A stretch of DNA of 64,000 nucleotides from Girardia tigrina (lineage: Eukaryota): contig MQRK01193510.1 in assembly GCA_001938485.1 (NCBI GenBank), positions 1 to 64,000 of the forward strand, written 5' to 3'. Within the stretch, counting starts at the first letter, position 1, and every line of letters starts with the position of its first letter. The position numbers were made by a program, and so were the translations under genes. Positions 52,051 through 64,000 of the stretch are shown here, piece after piece. A model generated the notes under the pieces. The model saw only the letters and a list, made by a program, of their open reading frames with translations, did not search any database and was not told the origin of the DNA.

Positions 52051-55000
52051 TTCCAAGGTAAAAACATGATTGTAACGACAAATTAATTATCCGTAAAAAT
52101 TAAACCTCATGCAGATGGTACAGTAAAACAAATTGTATTTCAGTTACCTATAATACTCAGTGAATATGTCACTAAAAATAAATTAAATTGATATATTATT
52201 AGACCTTCATTCCGGGTATTTAATGAGCGCACTACGTATCAAGTTTATTTAATTTACTTTTTTTCTAAAATATTTTATCTATTAGAAAAACATTAATAAT
52301 TTGGATATGTTGAACAAATAACTTTCAAATTATGAATTACCTCTGTAATTTCCTTTTTGTTTCTAAATTCTTTAACTGAACATTGAAAGGTATAGAAAAT
52401 TTTATTTTAATGAGTGCTTGAAAGTGACATTTGGCATTTAATATTTCATAGAAAATATATATTCCATCTGATCATTAAAAATATTGTTCGGAATTTTTAT
52501 TAGTAACGGATAAGTAAAGCCATTAAAACGAAGACTGAACATAAACTATTTCACTGAACACTGTAAATATTCATTTATTCAAATTTGTCTTTAGCACTTG
52601 TTATAATTAGCAATGTTATAGAAACATAAACCATGGCTAATTGAACCAAGTGAGACATTCAGTCAAATTAAGTATTTTCTGAGACTCAAATTCGATTGCC
52701 AGTAAGAATGTCTATCGTTTTTGCTTTGTAATAAATACAAATGTTTACATAATTAGTTCCTAGGAGGATACGCCTACCAGCCTCATATACATATGAGTCA
52801 TTTATAAACTCTAATACAATGTTTGATTTTGATAATTAAAATATTTTGAGGAAATTCATTGAAGTGAATTATTAAACACCACAATAATTCTATTTTTAAA
52901 TTCTTTGATTTTATTTAAATGACATTTTTATTTATAGTTCCAAAAAAAATTCATGATCGGAATCGGGATCTTAAGATCTTGGATCCTTTGTTCTAACTCA
53001 TGTATTATACTTTACCAAAGATGACCTAAAGAAGTAGATAAATACAGTTTTTTATTGTAGAAAAATATTATTTTACATCTATATGTTTTTTATTGAAAAC
53101 TAGCAAAGCGAAAAAAGTATGCGTGATCAGATCAAAGAATGTTTTTTTGAGATTCATCATATATATAAAAAAATATCGATCACCTAACAAACGTCCATTT
53201 ATCAAAATCTATCCTTATTCAAAATCTTCTGTAAAGTTAGTTTTTGTAATGAAACCTTCCTTAAAACTTTCTTTGACCATTGGAAATAAGGTCATTTATT
53301 TCGTTTTGTTATTAAAATTCTTTTATAACATATAAAATCAACATTTCAAACATCATTTAAAGTAAAAATATTTTAGTAATAAAAATATAAATAAAGACAA
53401 TTTAAAGTCTAACAAAACACTCCACTTTTTAACTACCATTTATAAATAAAACTTCTTAGACTAGTATTAAGTATGTCAAGTGAATAAGAAATAAAAAAAT
53501 CGCACAGAGCTCTGACAACCTAATTGGTCCTCTCATAATGGAAGTATGTGAATAAAGCTTAGTGCATTGTAGATGATTTTCTTTTCTTTCCTCGTTTATA
53601 AACCTTACTTCTGACGCTAGTTTTTTTTCTTTCCTTTAAACATTTTCTTTGGCGAGTGGTTGTTAAACCATGTACTTGTATGTGTGGATGGTTAAAGGTA
53701 ACTAGTATTTTTATTTTATTTTATTTTTTTATCATTCTTTGTATTTTATATTATTAAGAAAAATTGAAGAAGTAAAACAAGAAATTATTGAAGGAAAAGA
53801 AATAAAGGGAAAGAAATAAAAAAAAAGAAATTGAAAAATTAAATAACCACATTAATTATTTTTAATTTAAAAATAATGAATTTGTCTATGGCAATTTAAA
53901 ATTTCAAAGAAAAAATAAAAATCAATAAAATTAATTATACAACAATTATAAATTACATTATGTCCATTTTCGGCAAAAATTGAATGCAATTAAACGAATC
54001 CCTGTGTATATTCATCAGTCTTTTGGAAATTATCAAAATATACATTCGACAACAACGACCTATTATTACTTGACATTATTTTTGATCAACAGTCAGAATA
54101 TTTTGGATATTTACAATTACATTTTCCTTAAATATTTGCTTATCATAAACTGAAATATTCCTCAACATTACCCACAATTTGGTTGTCTGTAATACTGTGA
54201 TAAACGAATATTGAAATAATTCATCTAACTTTGATTATTTTATTAAGAACATTTAAACAAGTCTCATTTGAATTTTTATTGCAATTACATTTAGAATCAT
54301 TACAACTCTCAGAAGGTCTTTCATCGTTTGCCATCATTCTAATTGGTTTTCTTATTTCTATTTTTAATCATGATTATTCAAACAATTTTTCTAAGTTATT
54401 TTTTAAAATATTTAACCTCTTAAAAAAATATTAATTAAAAAATAATAATTTTTACCATTTTTCAATAAATCCCAAAATAATAAAAATATCATCAAATTTA
54501 AATTTTACTAAAAATTATTAAACTTAATTTTAATAGTGAAATTAAAAATATGAACTTATCGAATGATTATTTTAATTATGTTCGAATAGTCAATCACTTT
54601 AAATTAAATAAAAAAATACCAATTTCCATCTGGGTGGGAGAATCACCATTCTAAATTCAACATATTTAAATCAACATACATCATCCATACATTTACTCAT
54701 TCAAACAATTTAAAATATTCCTCACATATTTAACTTCTTATGATTAATATTTTTCATGTTTTATTTGTAAGTTAGATAAATTAATTATATCTTATATTTA
54801 AGTCATGTTATTTTAAATCATTTTTGTAACCATAAACTAGGTTCATCCAAAACAATTATTTTGATTAGCCTAATTCAATCGTAAAAAAACATAAAATTAT
54901 CTGATTTACAACCTATTATACCAGTTGGATCGGTTACTTTTATAAGTATATTTAATATGAGATACCGTATATTTTACATGATGATGTTTTGAATACTCTT

Positions 55001-55116
55001 CTAACTGGGTCTTTATAATACGTTCGACTTGCTTCAGTTGATTAACTAAGTCTCAGTATATCAGACCTTCAATGTCCCACCAAACGCGAATTTGGCCCTT
55101 AATATTGTATATTTCT

Positions 55117-55744
55117 CTATTTACGATTAACATTAGAGATTGAAAACATAATTACGAAAATAAATCTATTGAGAACACATTTTCGACAAATTTCTTTGTT
55201 GCATTCATGGACAGGAAGCCGTGTCTCCATGTTTTTGGAAAGAGAAGAACTGTCTTTCAATTTATCATCTAAAGCACTTAGAGATTCTCCTCGTTGAATT
55301 ACATCGTTAATGCTTTTCCCTATAATTCTTTGAACGTTTAAATTAGAATTAATTTGAGTAAAATTTATTGGTGTTCGGTGTCTATATATTTCTTTTGTGA
55401 ATTTTGAATATCTTTATCGACCTCAATAAATACATATGATCTAGTTTACTGCCATATTTATTATGAAATTCATGGGATATCTCTTTCAAAAATTCAAATG
55501 CTCTTATCTTAGAAAATTCAATTTTAGTTAAGATGATACAACAAATTTCTCTACCAATTAAATCATGAAACATATATAGATCACTTTCTATGGAACAAAT
55601 TGAATGATATAAATTAGTCATTTTCTTAAGCAATGGTTTCGCTTGATTTTGATGACTATTTAAACTTATAATCTTTTCATCTTCTTGCATTGAAGCCGCT
55701 AACACCAGTCCATCATTTATTTTTAAATTTGTCAGCAAGATCAT
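55117..55744 (-). pseudogene. SEC22: SEC22 (longin R-SNARE) intronless pseudogene
   Basis: MILLT..INDGLVLAASMQEDE..HQNQAK.LLKK matches the SEC22b N-terminus. After frameshifts it reads 'VQRIIGKSINDVIQRGESLSALDDK..SSLSK' (SNARE motif). No introns; the transmembrane tail is degraded. Confidence 0.88.
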
Positions 55745-57766
55745 TTTTAAGTTTACGTAGAATTATTTCACAAATTGCCAAAAATACTGGAGAGCAAAAA
55801 AAGAACGAAAACCGACGAAATTTTTATTGTTCTCTATCAAAAACCCCCAACCGATTAAATACAGACTTTTATTTTTAATTCAAACTCTTTTTTCAAATTG
55901 TGACAAAATTCATATTTTCAAAATATAAACCTTAGCACACACACAATACACACTCTCAACCAATCAAATTAAAAAATGTACATTCACAATCATTACTCAC
56001 AAACACAGTCCATTCACACAACAATCAAACGAATGAAATACATACTTGCATTGTACATTCATTCAAAAAAAGGAGGCTCATAATTTGATTTAAATTATAT
56101 TCATTGTTTTACCGAAATGAAATAATTTACTTTCAACGAATATTTTTTATTTTGAAAGTTTTGCTGATAATTAATCAATTTGATAATTAATCACATTCAA
56201 ATTGTGAATTAACAAAGAAATCAAAACCCGATTTAAACGATAAAAATGACAATGAATCGAATTTCAGACAATCTTGCAAAGATTTCTTTCACAATTGGCC
56301 TCAGTTATTGTTAACGAAAACAGAAATTAACGAAATGATCAATTTTACGATTATTTAATTTAATTGTTTTTATATTTAATTATTTTATTTTAATTAAATT
56401 GATTTATTTAATTATTTTAATTTATTAATTTAATTATATATTTTATTTATGAATTCCTGAAACTGGCAAAAATGTTCGGTCAAATCGGCAATTCTCCGCT
56501 CCAATTCATTTGCCATGAAAATTGATCTTGTTTTACTTTTTCAATTTCAACATTATTTACTTATTTAAGACTTTTCCTTTGGATATTTTATGATAATGAT
56601 TCAAAATATTTTTGTAAAATCTCCTGGAATTTATTTAAATAACGTTCATATTTGATATTAATAAATTTTATTGAAAATTACGTTTGTAATCCTTGACAAA
56701 CAGTAATATTATCTTAAGGTAATCGATCGAACTTTTTTTTATTTATAAAATAAATATTTATTATGTTCAGGTAATTATTAAAGTTTTTTTAAAATATTAT
56801 CACTATTAACTTTTATATAAAAAACTGATATCTTTTTCTCATTTTGTCATCTTATTTTAGCAAATTCATAATTATTGCATTAAATGTTATTCTATTTAAT
56901 TATAAATAATTACATGATAATTAGCCTTCCACTTTTATTATTTTTATTATTATTGTTCAATAACAATTATTGTTAATTAATGGAAATATATTTATTTTCT
57001 AAATATTAGAAAGGCTTTTGTGTAAATTATCAATTATTATTATTATAGACTTAAATTAATATTATTATTTATTCGACATTATATAAATATTCTTTTACCT
57101 TAAATACAACTTAATTGTTTATTATTACAACTATTCTTTCAGTGACATTGAAATAAAGTTATTTGTATATACGTTTACTAATTTATTTTATAAAATAATC
57201 TTTTACTTTTAATATTAGAAATAATATTAATAAATATATTGTTTAATTTATAATAAAATCAATTATTTCTAAATAAAAACATTTTCTGATCCATTAAAAA
57301 TGTCTGCTTCTATAAAATATAACAGAAATGGGAAAATATAAAATCCGAAAGTCGATTCGCATGATGTGAAATGTGCATTGTAACTAATTGAATATTTTGT
57401 TTTAAAAATTTCTGCAATTTCCGTAAAATTTACTACTTACATATAAAAATATTAATCTGATTATATAATTTTTAATAAAACATTCTAATGAATTTATTAA
57501 TATATTTGTCAATTACATCACACAAAAATATTTATTAATTATTTTAAATAAATTAAAGTTTTTTGGGTGCAAATAAATAATATCAAATTATATTTATTTA
57601 TTTATATTTATTTTTTTTACAAATAATAAAACATATATCTAAAAAGTAATGAAATAATTTTCAAACGAAATTTACGTATTTAAGTTTGGAAAATGTAATT
57701 AATATATCTTTTATATCAAAAAATGAATAAAAATGTAATTAAAGTTAATAAAATTTGCTATTTTAG

Positions 57767-57901
57767 AACAAATACCAGTGGCAACATTCCTTCAAGACGC
57801 TTCAATATACAATTCAGTAAATATCCCAATAATTAGTGAAATGGATCAAATAAACCTTCAGTTCAAAACAAAGCAAGATTCTTCCTATATTTTCTATGTT
57901 G
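57767..57901 (+). CDS. Neurexin-like laminin-G (LNS2-type) exon
   Basis: ttttag|...|gtaagt, 135 nt, phase 1-1. (E)QIPVATFLQDASIYNSVNIPIISEMDQINLQFKTKQDSSYIFYVG, versus the alpha-neurexin LNS2 start [46 protein letters not shown]. Confidence 0.8.
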
Positions 57902-58918
57902 GTAAGTTATGAAATTAAATTAAATTTATTTTTAATTAGTGAGAGAAAAAGTTATATAAACTTTTTGAAAAATTCGTTCATTATTATTTTTAAAACATTT
58001 TAAGAGAAAAATAAAATGCAATATTTATATGCAGAAATTATGTCTAAACTGAATATAAATTATATTTAAAATTAATATTAATAAATATATTTATGAATAA
58101 ATTTATTTTAAAATAATGCTGTGTGATTTTGTGATTAATAAAACGATACATTTTAATAAAATAAAGCTTCTTTAGGAGTATTAAAATATGATCGTTTGAA
58201 AATTTGATATATCAAAAAATTATTGCTCGGGATTCTAATTGTTATTATCATTATTTATAGCAAATGGATTTCTTCATCTCTCTCTTATCTCGAAAAAAAC
58301 TTTTTAACTTAAATGAAAATCTGTGATAATTTTTATTTGCTTTTGTTGTTATTTATAATCTTTCCAAATATATATATATATATATATATATATCATATAT
58401 TAAATAGAAAATAAATAAATTAAAATATGAGTAAAAAACATCAAAATTGAACTGAGTTCAATTTAAAATAAAATTTGTTATTGAGTTACAACTCTTTGTT
58501 TCGATCCTTGTTTGTGTTTGAATTGCTACCACCGTTTAGTCAGTGTGTTCACTTTTGTGCTACCATCGTTCATTATTGGGTGTGTATATGCCAGTTTTTA
58601 CCAAATTTGATTGGCTGGTGAGTTTTGATTTCAAATGTTTGAACTCGCTTTGTCATTATTTTTTGAGTTGATAAGATTTTGTAGACCATTTGTGAAATCG
58701 GTGGTTGAATTGTTTGCGAAATTTTTTGTCGGTTTTTATTAGCTATACAAAAACGATATTCATTTTTTTGGAGATGAAACCTTTTTTGATTGTTGATAAA
58801 AAATTTTTAAAAACGAAATGAGTCGTAATGGACTTGAAGAATACCATTTCGATATAAAGGTTTCTCATTGTTATAAAGGAATTGATTATCATGCAAAAGA
58901 TAGATTTGTGCAATATTA

Positions 58919-60745
58919 CAGGGTTTGTCAGCACATTTCAGAATGACATCATCACATTTAAGATTTTTGTAAATCAATTTAAGAATTTTGTACATCCGTT
59001 TAAGAATTTTGTATTTCCATTTAAGAAATTCGTCAAATCATTTATGACTTTGTGTAAATATTGCGAAATATACAAGTTTACAAATAACGAAATCACAGAC
59101 ACAAAAACTAAAATGAATAGCTAAAATTTATTTAATTCCCATCATATATTGGTGTTCTACTCAAACACTTTGGAAGGAATGAAAAGACATTCCTAAAATA
59201 TGCAGAACAATCTTCAACCGTTATATATTCACTAAACTTATCTATATAGGCAAATAATTCTGCTTCAGACTTTGGTCGTGATTCACGTATCATTCCTTTC
59301 CATTTCGAAAACATATTTTCAATCGGATTGAGGAATGGCGAATACGGTGGCAAAAACATCAATTCGCATATATTTGCATCCATATGCATTGCTAAAAATT
59401 TGTCTTTTATGGATTGGTGCTTGTGAAATCGGACATTATCCATAATGACCACAGAACGACAGATGTGTTCATCTTTGATATACTGTAAAATTTCATCGAT
59501 GAAATTAGTAAAGGTTGCTGTGTTGAACGCCGATGTTTGGGTCACATATTTTACTATTCCACCCTTATTCATTGCGCAACATACAGAAATATTCCTTGAT
59601 CTAAGGCATTTCATGTTATGTACAGCTGGTGATCCAGCTAAAGATCGTCCTCTTTTACTTCTAATAGAAACATTAAAACCAACTTCATCAACGAAAAATA
59701 AATTATTTTCATCAAGATTGGATAAAATGTCCATGAATTTTTTCGCATAATCGTATCTTTCATTCAAGGACTTCTCATCATTTCTACGTTCAGGGATTAA
59801 TGTTGCAGACTTTAAGGTATAATTAAAGCTACCAATATATCTGTCAATTGTTTTCAGACANNNNNNNNNNNNNNNNNNNNNNNNNNNNNNNNNNNNNNNN
59901 NNNNNNNNNNGGTATAATTAAAGCTACCAATATATCTGTCAATTGTTTTCAGACAGACAGCAACATTAAATTTTGAACGCAAAAGTCCTTGAATGTGCTG
60001 AAGAGTAATTCCGCAATTTTCATCAATCCTTGATTTAATGGCATCAACATGGTCTTCGGTTAAAGCTTTTCTTCTTGGTCCTCCTTTCAGTTTTTGTTCG
60101 ATCCTATTTTCTTTCTTGTAGACCTGAATAATCGAATACACTGTTTTATNNNNNNNNNNNNNNNNNNNNNNNNNNNNNNNNNNNNNNNNNNNNNNNNNNN
60201 NNNNGTCAATAATCATTTTCCTTATTTCATTACAAACTGCCATATCTAAAGAAAATATATATGTAGTAAAAAATAAAAAACAGTTTACTCTACTTTACAA
60301 ATTTAAATAATTATAATTGTAAATTTAAATTATTAATATAATTTAAAATTTTTGAATAATATTTTTGCTATAGTAAATGGCAAATATAAAGTCCATTTAC
60401 GATAGTTTCACTGGAATTTTGCATGAATCTTTTTTGTAATAGCTAAGAATATTTTATAATAGTGTTTAGTGTGTTGATGAAATTCTATTTGGAATCAATT
60501 TAAATGTTTTGTTCTGATTTTAAAGAAAAATTTTAATCAACAGACAACAATTTATCAATATGCACGATTCTGGAATGTATTTGAAATGTTTTTATACATT
60601 TAGTATTGCATAAAAACTAAATGTATATTTAAACAAATTCCTAAATTGACTTACAAAATTCTTAAATTGATTGTCAAAATTCTTAAACGGATTTACAAAT
60701 TCTGACGTTGAATTACAATTTTCTGAAATGTGCTGACAAACCCTG
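58919..60745 (-). mobile_element. IS630/Tc1-like transposon with perfect TIRs and a probably intact DD39E transposase
   Basis: Perfect 25-bp TIRs CAGGGTTTGTCAGCACATTTCAGAA with TA flanks and subterminal TTTAAGAATTTT repeats. Motifs FFVDEVGFN, VIMDNVRFH and LPPYSPFLNPIE. Confidence 0.93.
59132..60243 (-). CDS. Transposase (HTH and DDE_3-type catalytic domain), ~338 aa after gap correction
   Basis: ORFs 59854-60243 and 59132-59767 join in frame (..GSFNYT-LKSATLIPERRNDEKSLNERY..) once the duplicated 45 bp around the gap at 59861-59910 is collapsed. No stops in the visible sequence. Confidence 0.8.
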
Positions 60746-61176
60746 TATTCATTTGGTCTGCTCAAAGATTTTGTTTATGATGATGGGTTTTGATTTTGTT
60801 GAAAGAAAAAATTAATTTTTCCTCAATTTAAATTTTTATTGACGATTTTCTTAATAATTAGTTTTTTGAAACTTACAATTATTGCTAGAAACGATCAGAT
60901 TATGAATTTGAGTGGTTATAATGTCTTTTGATATCCGTGAGTACTGGAACGACTTTTAATTCGAAAATGTAATCAATATATCAGACGATTAAACAAATCG
61001 AATCATTATATGTTTACAAATAATAACGTTCAGGATTAATATTATTATTATATTTATTAACAAAAATATATCTTTATTTATATCATATTGTGGGTCTCCT
61101 TATGAAGGTTAAAATTTCTGCCTCTAAAAGAATATGAATAAGAATCTCTGAAGAATTTATTGCCTGATGCTTAAGT

Positions 61177-61220
<44 letters not shown>

Positions 61221-62559
61221 TTCTCATTAGAAAATAACCTATTTTTCTTCCAAACAATTTATTTGGACACGAATCATTTGACAGCAATACATCAAAAGGT
61301 TTTGTAATTTTGAAGAATCCTTTCCAATTCTTATATATATTGATATATTCTGCGAGATGTTGTACTCAATTGAAGATTTTAGTGAGCTTATGAATTATCA
61401 AATTTGTAGGTTACTTTTTATGTAAAAATAACACTTTAAACTGGAAATATAAAATATATGTAATAATTTAAAGTAATATACGTGATTAAGCAAATGTATA
61501 AATTTCATTTTATTAAAATCACATTTATTTACAGTAGAAAGTTTTAACCATACTTAAAATAAAAATATTTTTAAGTGTTATTACGAAATATAAATCTTTT
61601 TATCATAAAATAAATAACCTTTGTACTATATTTATATTCATATAAATATTTTTTCAGATATTTATAGCAAAAAGTTAGATATTTTATGATTAAAATGTTT
61701 ATATTTCGAAATCAAAAGATTTATATTTCGGAATAACACTGTATTTATTAACATCTATTATTTTTAAATATTAAAATTATCATATAAGAATATTTATTTT
61801 ATAATAATTTCCACCAATTCCTAACGTAAAATATATTTAATGCTTTGAAAAGAAACCCAAAATAAATTAATAATTAATTTATTCTTAAATGTAAACAGTA
61901 GAAACAAATATTTATCATTTTAAGTTATGAATATCATATTGGAATAAATTATTTATTTGAAAATTGTAATTGATTCTATTAAAAATGAATATATTTTTAA
62001 AATTTATTGCAATAATAAAATATCTGGTGTATCCAATTATTTATAAACATAACCAATTCAAGTTAAAAAATTTCATGAATATATTAATTAACGATAAAAT
62101 AAATAAAAAGATTGAAATTAAACTTATAAGGGAAATTGAGTAGTTTTTCTTTCTATTAAAACAAGTAAATAATTGTCTGACAGTCACAAATGTTTGATTA
62201 CTTTAATTAGAGGTCGGAGAGAAAGTTTCGGACAGAAATGTTTTTATTTTTGCAATTTGTAAGTTTTATAATAGATATTTATTAAAATATTTTCAAAACA
62301 TCAACTTTAGACATGTTTCGATCACAATCTTTGATCATTTAAGCAATTGTATTTGTGTTTTAATTTATTTTAATAATTTATATTATTTTTATAATATATA
62401 ACGAAAAATAATATTATAATTTTTTTTGGTTATTATTTTTAATTTTAAACAATAATTTGATTTTTTTTATTTAAAGCTATTTTATATGGAGGCTGCTTTA
62501 TTTTTCCCATTTTAGATGTTAATTAGTGTTGCGACCCTTTGTCCACCGTAGTGCACCCT

Positions 62560-63270
62560 CTATCCATAAAATACTTAAATACATTTATTTTGACCCCAGT
62601 TGATTGCTTGGAACCAGTGCCGTTTCGGGAGCAATTCACTAATCTACCACTACCAATAGATTGACCCAAAGCGAATCATATAAATAAAAATAATTGCGAT
62701 AACAATAACAATAACTACAAATTACATGAATAACAATTTTATTTTAATAATATGAAAATCGAAAAATCAATCTGCGATTTCAATTTTAAATTTGATTGCA
62801 GAAATTTATAAATTAAAATTCTTGCCTATGCTTACAAATGCTAAGCTGTGTCTTCCAATAACGCTTATTCTCAATTTTTCGTCACAAACTAATCATCTAA
62901 CCGATGGCAAGTATAACTAGTTTTTCCGACTGAACAATTGTTTCTATTTTTTTCCCAGTTGCAAAGAAATTGATTCACAACGAACAACATTAAATTTCTT
63001 CAACATCTAACCTTCCAAACAGTGAATAACTGTGGTATTAGAAGATCAATCGATTCTTCCAATAAGAACAATAAGAAGAACAAATACTACAGGCGATCTA
63101 TAATTACTTCTTTGACTTCAATTTAATCCAATTATCTACTAAATATGAACATCGAAAATTCCTCCTGCTAATCTGTTTGACATCTCAACAAAAGAATGTT
63201 TTAAAAATTCAAAGTAACTTAACTTTATTCACTCTCCCTATAATTCCTTTTTTTCTTGCGTAAAAGGTTT
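62560..63270 (-). mobile_element. Possible highly degenerate Tc1-like relic
   Basis: The minus strand shows weak similarity to the Tc1 'S..TV...L' and 'V.SDEKKF...G.DG' segments. No TIRs were identified. Confidence 0.3.
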
Positions 63271-63699
63271 AATCTTCCTTTTGTCCTTCAGTTAATTTAC
63301 TTTATTGTTAATAGATTTATAGTAATATTTGTTTGATTATTTTTACTTATTGTTAAAAGTAAGTTGATCGAATTACTATTATTAAGTTAGCTCACTTTTA
63401 CAACTAGAAAAGTTATTGAACTCTGTAGATATGACAAATAAATAACTTCATCCATTTAAAAAAAGTTAATTTATTATTCTTAAGAAGAATTTTCATTCAC
63501 ATGAGTGTTTTTTTTGTGAATCTTCGCTAATAAGACACTATAACATATTGATTAACATCAATAATGGGGAAAGTAAAGCTGCTTCAATAATAGATATCTT
63601 TAAATAAAATAAATATTTAAAAATAAAAATATTAACTAATAAAATTGAACTTTAATATTATTTTTTAAATTATTTTCCTTATTGTTATGTCCATCGACT

Positions 63700-63900
63700 T
63701 TCTTAATCAATTCTTATTTATATTAAACTATTGTATCTTTTTATTATATGTAATATGTTGATATATTATTATTTATTTATTTATTATCACATGAATTTAT
63801 ATTTATTATCATTTATTTTACCTATTTTTATTTGTAATGTATTCTTAATTTATGTATTATTTATTTATTATGTAATTATACATCGTTACACAAAAATTAT
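63700..63900. repeat. Low-complexity degenerate (TTTATTATTA)-type repeat
   Basis: Recurrent tttatttattat units. Confidence 0.6.
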
Positions 63901-64000
63901 TATCATGGCGACATCATGTCGTTATGATAATAATAATAAAATTCAAAAATTAAATTTAAAAATGTTATATTGATAATTCGATCCCAAAAATTATTATTAC

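Noticed and set aside
56457-56517. Minus-strand short reading MANELERRIADLTEHFCQFQE
   Set aside because: No splice donor or continuation was found, and it is too short to call.

Overview
Very AT-rich eukaryotic (metazoan) genomic DNA from a gapped draft assembly. A planarian-like flatworm is plausible, but that is inference only. Most of the window is a transposon graveyard. Non-LTR retrotransposons: three diverged copies of an APE-RT LINE family (RTE/CR1-like) whose ORF ends in three C2H2 zinc fingers. Penelope-like remnants: GIY-YIG fragments, an inverted pseudo-LTR and minimal hammerhead ribozymes, with an intact-looking one at 29-69. DNA transposons: at least six mariners (two young ones with near-perfect TIRs spanning assembly gaps), Tc1, DD37E and IS630-like elements (one probably intact with DD39E spacing), a Chapaev3-like relic, and piggyBac-, PIF- and other MITEs. 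A gypsy gag fragment is also present. Host content is sparse. There is the 5' end of a neurexin-like gene on the + strand: a signal-peptide exon at 43889-43946 joins in phase to an LNS2-like exon at 57767-57901. Its first intron holds an antisense, intronless SEC22 pseudogene. A GC-rich chimeric NTF2::Rab1-like pseudogene fragment lies just upstream. All family assignments come from recognised motifs read by eye; no database search was run.
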